A stretch of 64,000 nucleotides of DNA from an uncultured Clostridia bacterium (GTDB taxonomy: Bacteria > Bacillota > Clostridia > Christensenellales > UBA1242). A program made the position numbers and the translations under genes. This document shows positions 48,092 to 59,505 of the stretch, piece after piece (within the stretch, counting starts at the first letter, position 1; each line of letters opens with the position of its first letter). The notes under the pieces were generated by a model, which saw only the letters and a list, made by a program, of their open reading frames with translations, had not been told where the DNA came from and ran no database searches. The stretch lies in the NCBI GenBank assembly GCA_934778205.1, contig CAKVOD010000002.1, forward strand, positions 141,564-205,563, written 5' to 3'.

Positions 48092-49525
48092 CTATTTATC
48101 TAAAATTTCTTTAATTATTTTACTAGCAATTTGTGCATTCGCTTTACCACCAGTACGTTTCATAAGTTGTCCTACGAAAAACGATAATGCTTTGGCGTTG
48201 CCGTTTTTATAATCGGCAACAGATTGTGGAAATTCAGCGATTACTGCTTCAACAAGTGCTTTCAATTCTCCCTCATCGTTGTTTTGTTTCAAGCCACGCT
48301 CATCTACTAATGCCACGCAATCGGCATTTGTAGACCAAATCTCATCAAACAATTCCCTGCAAGTTGCTTGACTAATTTCGTTAGTTTCGTACATTTTCAT
48401 AAGGTTTGCAAAATTCTTAGCGTCTACAGGAATACACAAGTCTTCCTCATCGCTTTCTTTGACTTTTTTCAATAATGTTGTCAAAATGAAGTTGCATACA
48501 AATTTTGGCGAGTTATAAAAACTAATAACTTTTTCAAAATATTTTACCAAATTTAAGTCTGTTGTCAAAACTTTTGCATCGTATTCACTAAGTCCAAGTT
48601 CTTTGACATAATCAGCAATTTTTTCTTCTCTCAATTTTGGCATTGATTCGCGGATTTCTTCTACCAAACTTCTCTCAATTTTGAATGGTAACAAATCTGG
48701 GTCTGGGAAATACCTATAATCTTGAGCATCTTCTTTTCTACGCATTGAGAAACTGCGGTTGCGCGCATCGTCCCAACGGCGCGTTTCTTGAACAACTTGC
48801 TCTCCTTCATCAAGCAATCGCGACTGACGTTTGTATTCATACTCGATTGCTCTAGCGACTGAACGGAATGAGTTGAGGTTCTTCATTTCTGCCCTTACGC
48901 CTAATTCTTTAGCGCCCTTCGGCTTTAGTGAAACATTTACGTCACAGCGCAATGAGCCTTGCTCCATTTTACAATCTGAAACTTCGATATATTGTAAAAT
49001 ACTCTTAAGTTTTGCTAAGTATGCGACTGCTTCTTCAGCACTGCTCATATCTGCTTCGCTGACAATTTCAATCAATGGCACACCACCACGGTTGTAGTCT
49101 ATTTGTGTTCCACCAAGTTTTGAATTGTGAATCAATTTACCTGCATCTTCTTCAAGATGAATACGATTCAATCTAATAAATTTCTTTTCGCCGTTTTCTT
49201 TTTCAATTTCAACTCCTCCGCCAATACAAATTGGACGAACTGCTTGTGAAATTTGATATGCTTTAGCAAGGTCAGGATAAAAATAGTTCTTTCTCTCAAA
49301 AATTGCAATATCGTTGATTTCACAGCCAACTGCAAGACCTGCTTTGATACACATTTTGACCGCTTCTTTGTTAGGTATTGGTAACGCCCCCGGCAATCCT
49401 ATGCAAACTGGACAACAATTTGTGTTAGGTTCGCCACCAAATTCATTTTTGCAACTACAAAAAACTTTCGATTTGGTTTTTAGTTCTGAGTGAACCTCAA
49501 GCCCAATGACAATATCATAATCCAT
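48092..49525 (-). CDS. gatB: Asp/Glu-tRNA(Asn/Gln) amidotransferase subunit B
   Basis: IGLEVHSEL...KVFCSC N-terminus and a full-length GatB pattern. Confidence 0.95.
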   Translation of the reverse strand: MDYDIVIGLEVHSELKTKSKVFCSCKNEFGGEPNTNCCPVCIGLPGALPIPNKEAVKMCIKAGLAVGCEINDIAIFERKNYFYPDLAKAYQISQAVRPICIGGGVEIEKENGEKKFIRLNRIHLEEDAGKLIHNSKLGGTQIDYNRGGVPLIEIVSEADMSSAEEAVAYLAKLKSILQYIEVSDCKMEQGSLRCDVNVSLKPKGAKELGVRAEMKNLNSFRSVARAIEYEYKRQSRLLDEGEQVVQETRRWDDARNRSFSMRRKEDAQDYRYFPDPDLLPFKIERSLVEEIRESMPKLREEKIADYVKELGLSEYDAKVLTTDLNLVKYFEKVISFYNSPKFVCNFILTTLLKKVKESDEEDLCIPVDAKNFANLMKMYETNEISQATCRELFDEIWSTNADCVALVDERGLKQNNDEGELKALVEAVIAEFPQSVADYKNGNAKALSFFVGQLMKRTGGKANAQIASKIIKEILDK

Positions 49526-50979
49526 TATTTGACCTCTCTAATTGAAAAATAATTTTTCTCAAAGCAATCCCCTGCATTGAACAATGTTTTTTCATTGAAT
49601 TTGTTGCCGATTAATTGCATACCGAGTGGCAAGCCCGATTTACTAATTCCGCAAGGAATAGAGATAGCAGGCAATGTTGCAATGTTTACAGGAACAGTAT
49701 AAATATCATTCAAATACATTTCCAAAGGATTGTCGACTTTTTCCCCGATTTTGAACGCTGGGCTTGGTGTTGTTGGCGAAATTATTATATCACAAGCGCT
49801 AAATGCTTTTTCAAACTCATTAATAATGATATTTTGAACTGCCTTTGCTTTGTTGTAATAAGCGTCAAAATATCCGCTAGAAAGCACAAAGTTTCCGAGC
49901 ATAATTCTGCGCTTGACTTCCTTGCCAAAACCCTTTGTGCGCGATTGAACGTAAAAATCAACCAAATCTTTATATTCATCAGTTGGAACGCCATACTTTA
50001 TTCCGTCAAAACGTGCAAGGTTCGACGCTGCCTCAGCGCTTGACAAAACATAATATACCGCCAATGCATCTTTGATATGTGGCAAGTTTATCTCAACTTT
50101 TTCAGCCCCTTGAGCGATAAAAAAGTCAATTGCCTTTTCAATCGATTCCTTTACTTCAATGTTAGTAAGTGACTCAAAAAATTCTTTTGCAATGCCAATT
50201 TTTAAGCCTTTTACTGAACCTTTAAATGAATCAGCATAATAATTTTCTTTTGCGTGTTTTTCGCTTGTAAATTCATTATCGTCGTGTCCAGCGATTGCGT
50301 CAAGCATAATGCTACTATCGCGCACGCTCTTAGTAATTGGACCGACTTGGTCGAGTGAAGATGCGAATGCTACGACGCCAAAGCGCGAAACGAGTCCATA
50401 TGTAGGTTTAAGCCCCACAACACCACAAAATGATGAAGGTTGCCTAATTGACCCCCCCGTGTCAGTCCCAAGGGACGCAAAGCATTGGTCGCTTGCAACA
50501 GACGCTGCCGAGCCACCAGATGACCCACCTGGGACACATTCCCTATTCCACGGGTTGTGAACTGCACCAAAGGCGCAATTTTCCGAACTACTACCCATTG
50601 CAAATTCGTCCATATTTGCTTTCCCGATAATGATTGCTCCATTTTCAATGAGCTTATCAACAACTGTAGCATTATATGGGGATTTATAGTCTGCCAAAAA
50701 TCGAGAAGAACAAGTCGTAAATGTGTCAATTTTTGATATATTGTCCTTGATGACAATTGGAATCCCTGCTAATTTTGGCAAATTTTCACCATTTGCTCTT
50801 TTCTCATCAATTTTTTTAGCACTTTCGAGCGCTTTTTCTTCGCAAACCTCGTGTAAAATATTCAAATCTTTAGTTCTGTCAATTTTTGCCAAACTTAGTT
50901 TTGTGAGTTCAACTGCGCTGATTTCTTTCGCCTCTAGTTTTGCGCTAATTTCTTCAATTGTTTCATTCATAATTTCCAT
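49525..50979 (-). CDS. gatA: Asp/Glu-tRNA(Asn/Gln) amidotransferase subunit A
   Basis: Amidase signature GGSSGGSAASVA...GTDTGGSIRQP. Confidence 0.95.
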   Translation of the reverse strand: MEIMNETIEEISAKLEAKEISAVELTKLSLAKIDRTKDLNILHEVCEEKALESAKKIDEKRANGENLPKLAGIPIVIKDNISKIDTFTTCSSRFLADYKSPYNATVVDKLIENGAIIIGKANMDEFAMGSSSENCAFGAVHNPWNRECVPGGSSGGSAASVASDQCFASLGTDTGGSIRQPSSFCGVVGLKPTYGLVSRFGVVAFASSLDQVGPITKSVRDSSIMLDAIAGHDDNEFTSEKHAKENYYADSFKGSVKGLKIGIAKEFFESLTNIEVKESIEKAIDFFIAQGAEKVEINLPHIKDALAVYYVLSSAEAASNLARFDGIKYGVPTDEYKDLVDFYVQSRTKGFGKEVKRRIMLGNFVLSSGYFDAYYNKAKAVQNIIINEFEKAFSACDIIISPTTPSPAFKIGEKVDNPLEMYLNDIYTVPVNIATLPAISIPCGISKSGLPLGMQLIGNKFNEKTLFNAGDCFEKNYFSIREVK

Positions 50980-51263
50980 TATTCCACCACCGTTGGCGCT
51001 ACAAAGTAGCCGTCATATTTTTTTGGCGCATTTTCAATGATTTTTTCGTTTGGAAGTGATGGTTTAACAACATCATCTCGCAATTCCTCAAACTCACGAA
51101 CAGGCGTCTTGTCCTCAACGTTTGTTGTATCGACTTTTTGAAGTTGGTTGACATAATCAATTATTGAAGCGAATTCACTAGAAAATTTTTCAATTTCATC
51201 ATCGCTAAACTCAAGCCTTGACAATGAAGCCAAGTGTTTTATATCTTTTTCGGTTATTTCCAT
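50979..51263 (-). CDS. gatC: Asp/Glu-tRNA(Asn/Gln) amidotransferase subunit C
   Basis: 94 aa, LASLSRLEFSDDEIEKF; first gene of gatCAB. Confidence 0.9.
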   Translation of the reverse strand: MEITEKDIKHLASLSRLEFSDDEIEKFSSEFASIIDYVNQLQKVDTTNVEDKTPVREFEELRDDVVKPSLPNEKIIENAPKKYDGYFVAPTVVE

Positions 51264-51361
51264 ACATAATCTCCAATTTTGAATTATAACACATATTTCC
51301 TAATTTTTCAAGCAAAAACGGCAAATTGTAGCATTTTGTTCAATACAAGGTTGTCATTTAG

Positions 51362-53320
51362 TCATTTTTTTTTGTTGACAAGCTCGACAAAGTCTTGTTC
51401 GCTCAAAATTTGCACACCAAGTGCCTGCGCCTTTTGAAGTTTTGAACCGGGGTCTACACCTAGCAAAACATATGTTGTATTTCTTGAAACAGATGACGAA
51501 ACGTTTCCGCCAAGACTTTCAATTAAGTGCGTTGCCTCGTCGCGCGTGTATTTTTCTAATGTCCCCGTTAAAACAAAAGTACAATTTGAAAACACTCCCT
51601 CTTTTTTTGATTCACTCTCTTTGGGTTTAATGCCACGTGCAAACAGTTCATTTATAATTTTTAGATTGTTATTGTCCGCAAAATAATCTACAATTCCTTG
51701 CGCAGTGATTTCAGCAATGTCAGGAATAGAATCAAGTTCTTCTAGAGAGGCGGACATAAATTTTTCAAATGTGTTAAAATGTTTTGCTAAATCGCGCGCC
51801 GTTTTTTTGCCGATATTCTTAATACCCAGCGCATAAATAAACTTGTCTAGCGTTGGCGATTTTGAACTTTGAATGTTCTCATATACATTTGTAGATTTTT
51901 TGTCTTTAAATTTTTGTAATGATTTCAAACTATCTTTGTTCAAATCATACAATTCGAATGGATATCGAACATTAAATTCATCATAAAACGCACCTATTGT
52001 TTTATCCGATATTCCCTCAATATTCATTGCGTCTTTGCTACAAAAATGTACAATCCTTTTCTTAATTTGGTCAGGACATCCCCAAGTATTTGGACAGAAA
52101 GTTTCTATATCTCCTTGTTCAAGTTCTGTCCCGCAACACGGACACGTGGTGGGCAAAACCACCTCACAACTTTCGTCGGTGTCGTGCGCAAGCCCCATAA
52201 TTTCGGGTATAACCTCATTACTGCGACGGACATAAACATAAGAACCGATTTTTATGTGCTTTCTTTTTATATCGCTATAGTTGTTCAAGGTCGCGCGCTG
52301 AATTGTGGCGCCAGCCAAAAATATGGGTTCTATTATTGCTAATGGCGTGATTTTACCCGTTCTCCCAACTTGAAATTTAACATCAAGTACTTTACTTGTC
52401 AACTCTTGTGGAGCAAATTTATATGCCATTGCAAATTTTGGAAAGCGCATTGTATATCCAAGTTCGTGGCTGGTTTTGAAGTCGTTTATCTTCAAAACTA
52501 CCCCATCAATCAAAAAATCAAGATTATCTTTTTCTTTGTCAACCTTATCAATCAACGCGGAAATCTCGTCAAAAGTTTTGACTTCAGTATTAAAACTGCT
52601 TACTTTGAATCGGTTTTCTTTTAAAAACGCAAAAGCTTCCATTTGAGAACAAATTTTGCGACCTTCAATATACGGAACAGCATAAAAGTACATATCAAGA
52701 TTGCGTTCCTTTGTTACTTGTGGGTTTAAGTTACGAATCGCGCCAGCAGCAGCGTTGCGTTCATTCTTTAGAGGCTCATCGGCGCGCTCATTGTATTTTT
52801 TCAACTCTGATTTTGGCATTATTGCTTCGCCTTGAACAATGACAGTTCCTTTGTATGGTATAGACAACGGAACACTACTAATTGTTTTAACTTGATTCGT
52901 GACAATTTCGCCAAGAACACCACTACCACGCGTCATTGCTTTGCTGAATAAGCCGTTTTCATATGTTATTGCAATTGTTAGTCCATCAAACTTATATTCA
53001 AAAGAAAATGTTGTATTTGGATATTTTTGCAACACATCGTCGTACCACGCTTTGAGTTCCTCTTTTGATTGGCATTTGTTCAAACTATAAAGCGGTACTT
53101 TATGCTTTTCTTTTTCAAAACTCGAAGTAACATCAGCACCGACGCGTTGACTAGGCGAGTCGGGAAAAATGAAATCGTGTTTTTTTTCAAGTGCCATAAG
53201 TTCGTCGAGTAATTTATCATACTCAGCGTCACTAATCGTCGGCTCATCAAGAATATAATAGTTGTAGTTGTGGATATTGATTTCATCAATCAATTGTCTC
53301 ATTCTTTGTTTATAATCCAT
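51362..53320 (-). CDS. ligA: NAD-dependent DNA ligase
   Basis: Adenylation motif EYKFDG, Cys4 zinc finger, HhH repeats, and a BRCT tail. Confidence 0.95.
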   Translation of the reverse strand: MDYKQRMRQLIDEINIHNYNYYILDEPTISDAEYDKLLDELMALEKKHDFIFPDSPSQRVGADVTSSFEKEKHKVPLYSLNKCQSKEELKAWYDDVLQKYPNTTFSFEYKFDGLTIAITYENGLFSKAMTRGSGVLGEIVTNQVKTISSVPLSIPYKGTVIVQGEAIMPKSELKKYNERADEPLKNERNAAAGAIRNLNPQVTKERNLDMYFYAVPYIEGRKICSQMEAFAFLKENRFKVSSFNTEVKTFDEISALIDKVDKEKDNLDFLIDGVVLKINDFKTSHELGYTMRFPKFAMAYKFAPQELTSKVLDVKFQVGRTGKITPLAIIEPIFLAGATIQRATLNNYSDIKRKHIKIGSYVYVRRSNEVIPEIMGLAHDTDESCEVVLPTTCPCCGTELEQGDIETFCPNTWGCPDQIKKRIVHFCSKDAMNIEGISDKTIGAFYDEFNVRYPFELYDLNKDSLKSLQKFKDKKSTNVYENIQSSKSPTLDKFIYALGIKNIGKKTARDLAKHFNTFEKFMSASLEELDSIPDIAEITAQGIVDYFADNNNLKIINELFARGIKPKESESKKEGVFSNCTFVLTGTLEKYTRDEATHLIESLGGNVSSSVSRNTTYVLLGVDPGSKLQKAQALGVQILSEQDFVELVNKKK

Positions 53321-53376
53321 AGAAAATCCTGCCCTAAAAGTAATATTACGAAAGTATTATTGCCCAAATTGGTAAA

Positions 53377-55662
53377 TCAAAGCAATGTTAGTGGCGAAAC
53401 ATCAAATGTTAGATTTTTGATTCCCATATCTTCAAAATTTATGGTTATAACATTTTCAGTGGCAAGGCGCGACGTATCCACAATTTCGCCTACTCCAAAT
53501 CGCGGGTGCTCGACCTTTGCGCCAACAACAAAGCCGTCCGCCTGCTTTTCTTGCGCGGTGTCAAACAAGTATGAATTGTTCGATGCCGTTTGTGATTTAA
53601 TATTCAAACTATCTTGTGTTGCATAAATTGTTTCAATCTTTCTATAACCGCCGTCGTTATGATTGTATGAATTATTGCGCGCATAGCTACCACCATATCC
53701 GCTACCATTATATCTGCTTAACCCGCCGTCGAGTGTGCTTTTATTGAAACTGGAAATCTTTATGTTGGTCATCCCGTTGAGTTCATCCAAAAAGCGAGAT
53801 TGAGCAAAATGCTTTTGTTCGCCATATTTATATCTATTTTGACAACGTGAAAGGAATAGCCTTTCTTTTGCACGCGTAACTGCAACATAGAACAATCGCC
53901 TTTCTTCCTCTATGTCGTCCTCATTGCCATCTCTAATAATTGGAAAGTTCTCATCCTCAAGTCCGACAACAAATACGGCTCTATACTCAAGCCCTTTGAC
54001 GGCATGTATTGTAGCAAGCGTGACGGCATTAGTCGTATCATCTTGTTCATCGGCGTCACTTAATAGCGTTACCGACTGTAGATACTCAGACAAAGAGTCA
54101 TCAGGATAAATTTTTGAATATGAGTCTACAGAAGATAACAAGTCGTCTATATTTTTAATTCTGTTTTCATTTTCAGTATCTTTCTTTTCGCTATATGCCT
54201 CTATTATCTTTGTCTGCTCTATAACCCTTTTGACTACCTCAAGTAGCGTGCCTTGACCTTGCATTTCAGTAAGTGATATAAGTAGTTCTCTAAAGCCCTG
54301 CAGTTTCTTTTGTAGTTGAGTTGGTAATTCATTAAAATAGTTTCTCAAGTATTCCGCTATTGGAACATCTTTAGCGGAAGCAAATTCAATCAGTTGCTTT
54401 TCAGTTGTCGAACCTATGCCACGTCGCGGAAAATTTAATATCCTTAACAGACTAGCATTGTCACTATTGTTGACCATTAACCTTAAGTATGCAAGAACAT
54501 TCTTTATTTCAACGCGGTCATAAAATTTCATTCCGCCTATCATTTTGTATGGAATATTGCTACTAAGTAATCCCTCCTCTATAGAACGGCTTAGTGCGTT
54601 ATATCTCATTAGCACGGCTATCTCGCTATATTTATAACCTAGACTTACAAGTTCCTTTATTCTTCTAGCAACAAAGTTAGATTCTTCTACGTCGCGATAA
54701 CCTATAAATAGTTCGATTGGTTCGCCTATATTATTTTCAGTATACAAAACTTTGTCAAGTCGTTGGGTGTTATTCTTTATTACGCGGTTGGCAAGTTCTA
54801 TAATATTTTTTGTACACCTATAATTTTGCTCTAGTTTAAATATATGGACATCGGGAAAGTCATTTTTAAATTCTAATATGTTTTCAATATTTGCACCGCG
54901 CCAGCCATATATGCACTGGTCCTCATCACCAACGACCATTATGTTTCCGTGCTTTCCCGCAAGAATTTTCGCTATGTCATACTGTACAGTGTTTGTATCC
55001 TGAAACTCGTCAATATGAATGTAATGAAATCTCTCTTGATATTTATTGCGCGCTTCCTCATTGTTTTTCAACAGTGCATATGTTTTTATCAAAAGGTCAT
55101 CAAAGTCAAACGCGTTGTTCTTGAGCAATTGTACTTGGTATTCTTTATACACCTTGACAATGCTTTCAATTTCTCTAACAAATCCAAATTCCTTTTGATA
55201 TTCGTCGCAAGAAAGATTGAGATTTTTTGCATTACTGATGTGATATATGCAAGGCTTTTTGAGTTCTTCATCAAGTTGTGCATCAGCAAGAATTTGCTTT
55301 ATCAAAGTTTCTTTTTCTTGCTCTCCATAAATTGAGAAGTTTTTTGTATATCCTAGTGTATCCGCATACGAACGTAGGATTCGCACACACATTGAGTGAA
55401 AAGTACTCACCCACATTTGACTACAATCAAATGTTATGCGTTCAACTCTTTCGCGCATTTCCGACGCCGCTTTGTTTGTAAAAGTAATTGCAAGAATGTT
55501 ATAAGGGTCAACACCTTTTTCAATCAAGTATGCAATTCGGTGAGTCAAAACACGCGTTTTCCCGCTACCTGCGCCAGCTGTAACAAGAACAGCACCCTCA
55601 GTTTGCAATACGGGTGCTTTTTGTTCGTCATTCAATGAATTAATCAAGTCAATATTTTCCAT
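53377..55662 (-). CDS. pcrA: ATP-dependent DNA helicase PcrA (UvrD family)
   Basis: AGAGSGKT, DEFQDTN and VTRAKERL motifs; conserved pcrA-ligA order. The first ATG is at 55662; the ORF-track start at 55680 is TTG. Confidence 0.92.
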   Translation of the reverse strand: MENIDLINSLNDEQKAPVLQTEGAVLVTAGAGSGKTRVLTHRIAYLIEKGVDPYNILAITFTNKAASEMRERVERITFDCSQMWVSTFHSMCVRILRSYADTLGYTKNFSIYGEQEKETLIKQILADAQLDEELKKPCIYHISNAKNLNLSCDEYQKEFGFVREIESIVKVYKEYQVQLLKNNAFDFDDLLIKTYALLKNNEEARNKYQERFHYIHIDEFQDTNTVQYDIAKILAGKHGNIMVVGDEDQCIYGWRGANIENILEFKNDFPDVHIFKLEQNYRCTKNIIELANRVIKNNTQRLDKVLYTENNIGEPIELFIGYRDVEESNFVARRIKELVSLGYKYSEIAVLMRYNALSRSIEEGLLSSNIPYKMIGGMKFYDRVEIKNVLAYLRLMVNNSDNASLLRILNFPRRGIGSTTEKQLIEFASAKDVPIAEYLRNYFNELPTQLQKKLQGFRELLISLTEMQGQGTLLEVVKRVIEQTKIIEAYSEKKDTENENRIKNIDDLLSSVDSYSKIYPDDSLSEYLQSVTLLSDADEQDDTTNAVTLATIHAVKGLEYRAVFVVGLEDENFPIIRDGNEDDIEEERRLFYVAVTRAKERLFLSRCQNRYKYGEQKHFAQSRFLDELNGMTNIKISSFNKSTLDGGLSRYNGSGYGGSYARNNSYNHNDGGYRKIETIYATQDSLNIKSQTASNNSYLFDTAQEKQADGFVVGAKVEHPRFGVGEIVDTSRLATENVITINFEDMGIKNLTFDVSPLTLL

Positions 55663-55803
55663 AGCGATATTATAACACAATTTTCATTCAAGGCAAAATG
55701 ATTTTACCCACTAATAAAAAATAGCGACAGATTTTGCCACTATTTCATTGTATTTAGCGTCTAACAAATCAAAACTTTTGTATGTCAAATGCGCAAATTA
55801 TAA

Positions 55804-56220
55804 CTAAAACGCAAGTTCGAATGAACGCGGATGCTCCTCCGCATAGCGCTGTTTCATTTGCACAAATCTATCTGATAGTTTCAGTATGTAGTTTTGCTTA
55901 TCACGTTCGCTCAAGTTGTCATAAATCTCATGGTCTATTAGTTTCGCAAGCGGGCTCATCAACAAATCTGTCGATTCAAGCACTTTACAAACTTTCTCAT
56001 AAAAAGCTTCGTCATCTAAAATTTGCTGTTCGTCCTCTTTAGCACAAATTACACACTGAATTTTGCGCTTAAACTGCGCTTCCACGGCTTCTATACTCTG
56101 CCCATTCTCTAAGGCAACCAAAATCGCTTGCTCTTTCTCTTCTCGCATTTTTTGCCAAAACCCGCTTTTCATCCGCTTGCGCGCTTCACGTGCATACTCC
56201 CTAAGTGTTTTCCCTTCCAT
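55804..56220 (-). CDS. hypothetical protein (charged, helical, 138 aa)
   Basis: Clean ORF. The ATG at 56220 has a GGAGGTG SD 6 nt upstream. No family recognised. Confidence 0.5.
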   Translation of the reverse strand: MEGKTLREYAREARKRMKSGFWQKMREEKEQAILVALENGQSIEAVEAQFKRKIQCVICAKEDEQQILDDEAFYEKVCKVLESTDLLMSPLAKLIDHEIYDNLSERDKQNYILKLSDRFVQMKQRYAEEHPRSFELAF

Positions 56221-56451
56221 TTCTTGCACCTCCATTTCAGGTAATGCTAGTCTAACACATTATTGTACAATATTCAAAGCGATTTTGATAAAAAAATAAT
56301 AAAAATTGAAAAATAGTAATAATTCGACAATATTTCATCATATTTTTGTGCTTTTCTTTAATTTTGAAATATAATTGAAAAAACGGAACAGAAAAAATCT
56401 ATAAAAATATTGAAAAAAGACAACATAAATGCTGTCTTTCCTCATATCAAA

Positions 56452-56631
56452 TTACGACTTTTTGATTCTTTTTCTTGCCGCTTCTTCTTTCTTTTTGCGT
56501 TGTACGCTTGGCTTTTCATACGCTTCCTTTCTGCGAATGTCACCAATGATACCATCTTTTTGGCATTTACGTTTAAAACGTTTCAATGCGCTGTCCAAAG
56601 ACTCATTAGCACCAACTTTAACGGATGTCAT
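56452..56631 (-). CDS. rpsU: 30S ribosomal protein S21 (below the ORF-track size cut-off)
   Basis: Reverse-strand translation [59 protein letters not shown], with a GGTGGTGAG SD. Confidence 0.9.
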   Translation of the reverse strand: MTSVKVGANESLDSALKRFKRKCQKDGIIGDIRRKEAYEKPSVQRKKKEEAARKRIKKS

Positions 56632-56664
56632 CTAATTCTCACCACCTATTTTTTAAGATAATGG

Positions 56665-56693
56665 AGTATATCATATATACTATGCTTTGTCAA
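56665..56693 (-). promoter_or_regulatory. sigma-70-type promoter for rpsU
   Basis: Minus strand: TTGACA, 17-bp spacer, TATACT. Confidence 0.5.
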
Positions 56694-56866
56694 GCGATTA
56701 TGCACACATTTTTTTATGTCACATTCTTTTCAACACTTAAAACAAGATTCCTATTACTACTCATTTTTGAGAATTTGTGAATCATAAATTTTGAGCGGTA
56801 ACCATTTTTAACAATACATTTTCATATAATAAAGAAAAAGCACCTATACTGGTGCAATTTCATAAA

Positions 56867-57205
56867 TCACGCTGGGTTCCAATTCATTTTTTGCCCACCA
56901 AGAATATGAATGTGCAAGTGTGGAACTGTTTGTCCTGCGTTGTCGCCTTGATTGATAACGAGTCGGTATCCGCCTTCAATTTTCAGCACATCTTCAGCAA
57001 TTTCAGCAATTTTTGCAAATATTTTACCAAAATTCGCGATATCGTCCGCGTCCATTTCGCTGAGATACTTGAAGTGCTTGCGCGGAATCGCTAAGTAGTG
57101 GTAACTTGCCATAGGTCTAATGTCATTGACAATAAAAAATAAGTCATCTTCATAGACTTTGTGCTGAACCCCATCTTTGATTGTACAAAATAAACAATCT
57201 TCCAT
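56867..57205 (-). CDS. HIT family (histidine triad) nucleotide-binding protein
   Basis: HLHIHILGG histidine triad. Confidence 0.88.
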   Translation of the reverse strand: MEDCLFCTIKDGVQHKVYEDDLFFIVNDIRPMASYHYLAIPRKHFKYLSEMDADDIANFGKIFAKIAEIAEDVLKIEGGYRLVINQGDNAGQTVPHLHIHILGGQKMNWNPA

Positions 57206-57306
57206 TTTTTATTCCTCCAATGTATTTTGTTTGGCAACTGGCGACTACATAATAGATACAACCCGTTGCCAAGCCAATACTAAATATATTAATCAAAATG
57301 TTTGTT

Positions 57307-58572
57307 CTATTCAATTAATTTGCCAAGCATTGCGTCTCCTGAAATTTCAATAAGTTCTACGTCAACCGTTTGTGAGCATTCAACTGAATTCTTTGGTAGC
57401 AACACTTTAATATACTCTTTTGTGTAACCAACAAGAAAATTACCTTTGATATTTTCAGTCAACATAGATGCCGTTTTACCAATATGCGCAACTAAAAACG
57501 CATTATGAAGTTCTTTTTTCAATGCAAGCATTTTTGCTTTACGCTCTTTCAAAACTTTGCTATCAAGTGGTTTTTTTAGTTTAGAAATTGCTGTACCTGA
57601 GCGCTCTGAATAAGCAAATGCGTGAATATCACTAAAGTTTGCTGTTTTAATTGTTTGCAGTGTTTCTTCAAAATCGGCATCCGTTTCAGTTGGAAAACCA
57701 ACAATAACATCGGTTGTAACAGCGCAATCAGGGAAATATTCTCTTATTAAATTGACCTTTTCTAAAAATTGCGCGGTGTTGTAGTGGCGGTTCATATCTT
57801 TGAGTGTTTGATTTGCGCCACTTTGCAATGGTAGATGAAAATGTGGACAAAAGTTTTTACATTTTTGCAATTCAGCGAGTAATTCGCGCGAAATCACATT
57901 ACATTCAATCGAACTTATACGCAAGCGAATGTCAATCGTTTGAATCGCCTTTATTAAGTCAACAAAAGTTTCTCCGCGGTCAGTGTGGTAATCGGAAACA
58001 TTTATTCCAGTCAAAACAACCTCTTTGGACTCTTTTTGCGCCTGTTTTATTTCTTCAACAACCTCATTGAGTTTACGCGAGCGAGAACGTCCACGCACAT
58101 ATGGAATCAAGCAATATGAGCAAAAATTATTGCAACCGTCTTGAATCTTCACAAAATGGCGTGTTTTATCCATTTGAGGGTTGGTGTAGTCTTCGTACGT
58201 TTCACTGATATAGCACTTTGGCTCAAATTGACACTCATTTTGCATATTTTGGACGAAAGAAACAATGTCGAGTTTGTTCATACCAAACACTGCAACAACG
58301 TTTTCTTTGCGTTCGTATTGCAAAGGATTATTTTGTGACGAACATCCGCAAATGATTATTTTTATGTTGGGGTTTTTACTTGTTATGCTACCAACCATTT
58401 GACGCGACTTTGCCTCAGCTTCGTTCGTTACTGCACAAGTAACCACTATTGCTATGTCGGCTTCTTCGGGCGTAGCGACTTCAATGTGTCCGTATTCTTT
58501 TAGCGATGTCATTAGGCTTGACGCCTCATACTCGTTGACTTTACAACCCATTTTTTTGATGTATATATTCAT
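57307..58572 (-). CDS. mtaB: tRNA (t6A37) methylthiotransferase MtaB
   Basis: MGCKVNEYE N-terminus, radical-SAM CNNFCSYC; conserved rsmE-mtaB order (B. subtilis yqeU-yqeV). Confidence 0.85.
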   Translation of the reverse strand: MNIYIKKMGCKVNEYEASSLMTSLKEYGHIEVATPEEADIAIVVTCAVTNEAEAKSRQMVGSITSKNPNIKIIICGCSSQNNPLQYERKENVVAVFGMNKLDIVSFVQNMQNECQFEPKCYISETYEDYTNPQMDKTRHFVKIQDGCNNFCSYCLIPYVRGRSRSRKLNEVVEEIKQAQKESKEVVLTGINVSDYHTDRGETFVDLIKAIQTIDIRLRISSIECNVISRELLAELQKCKNFCPHFHLPLQSGANQTLKDMNRHYNTAQFLEKVNLIREYFPDCAVTTDVIVGFPTETDADFEETLQTIKTANFSDIHAFAYSERSGTAISKLKKPLDSKVLKERKAKMLALKKELHNAFLVAHIGKTASMLTENIKGNFLVGYTKEYIKVLLPKNSVECSQTVDVELIEISGDAMLGKLIE

Positions 58573-58596
58573 TTTTTTCTCTCAATTATCATTTTA

Positions 58597-59328
58597 TCAA
58601 TTTGTTTCAAATTTTTCCATAACAAGCGCACAACTCACGATTGATGCTGTTTCAGCGCGCAAAATACGTTTACCGAGCGTAACGCAATGAACATTTTTCA
58701 AAGCGCAAAGCATTTTGCATTCATTTTGCGAAAAACCACCCTCACTGCCAACAATTATAGCAATGTTTTTGTACTCTCCGCATATTTGACTAATTTTTTC
58801 TTGATTTGCGTTTTCATAAGCAAAAATTACCAAATCGTATGTCTGCAACTCCCTGACAACCGCATCAAAGTCTTTACTATTCTCAATTTCTAGTGGCTTT
58901 GAGCGCCCGCATTGCTTTGCAGATTCAACTGCTATCTTGTTCAGCCTTTCAATTTTTTGCGCACTCAAATCTGCTTGCACGACACAAAATTCACTTGTAA
59001 ATGGAACAATCTTTGTTGCTCCTATCTCGCTAATTTTTTGTGTGATTAATTCAAATTTATCCGCTTTGACTTGTGCTTGATAAAGCGTAACTGAAACTTT
59101 CGGGTCACATACATTTTTCGCACAAGAAAGAACTTTACAAATAAGATTATCCTTGTTTACTTGGCAAATTTCGCAAGCATAATCGAAACCATCACCACAA
59201 CAAATAATCATTTGGTCACTTTCTTTTAAACGCATAACATTTTTTGCGTGCGTAAATTCTTGCCCTAGCAAGGTGAAAAATCCGTCGTTGGGGTTTTCAT
59301 TTGCGTAAAACCTTTTCAATTTGTTCAT
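58597..59328 (-). CDS. rsmE: 16S rRNA (uracil1498-N3)-methyltransferase
   Basis: RsmE architecture (PUA-like N-terminus, SPOUT C-terminus with GSEGGF...LGKRILRAETA). Confidence 0.85.
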   Translation of the reverse strand: MNKLKRFYANENPNDGFFTLLGQEFTHAKNVMRLKESDQMIICCGDGFDYACEICQVNKDNLICKVLSCAKNVCDPKVSVTLYQAQVKADKFELITQKISEIGATKIVPFTSEFCVVQADLSAQKIERLNKIAVESAKQCGRSKPLEIENSKDFDAVVRELQTYDLVIFAYENANQEKISQICGEYKNIAIIVGSEGGFSQNECKMLCALKNVHCVTLGKRILRAETASIVSCALVMEKFETN

Positions 59329-59505
59329 AAATAAAATTTTACTTATTTTTCAACATTTTGTCAAGTTTTTGCAACAACAATTGTTTTTTTATAAAGCATT
59401 GAATTAAAATTTCATATAAAAACAACTCTACGCAAAAAAAAAAATTAACACAATGACGCATTTATAAATATTATGTATTAGGGTATTCCCTATTTTAGGT
59501 GAACT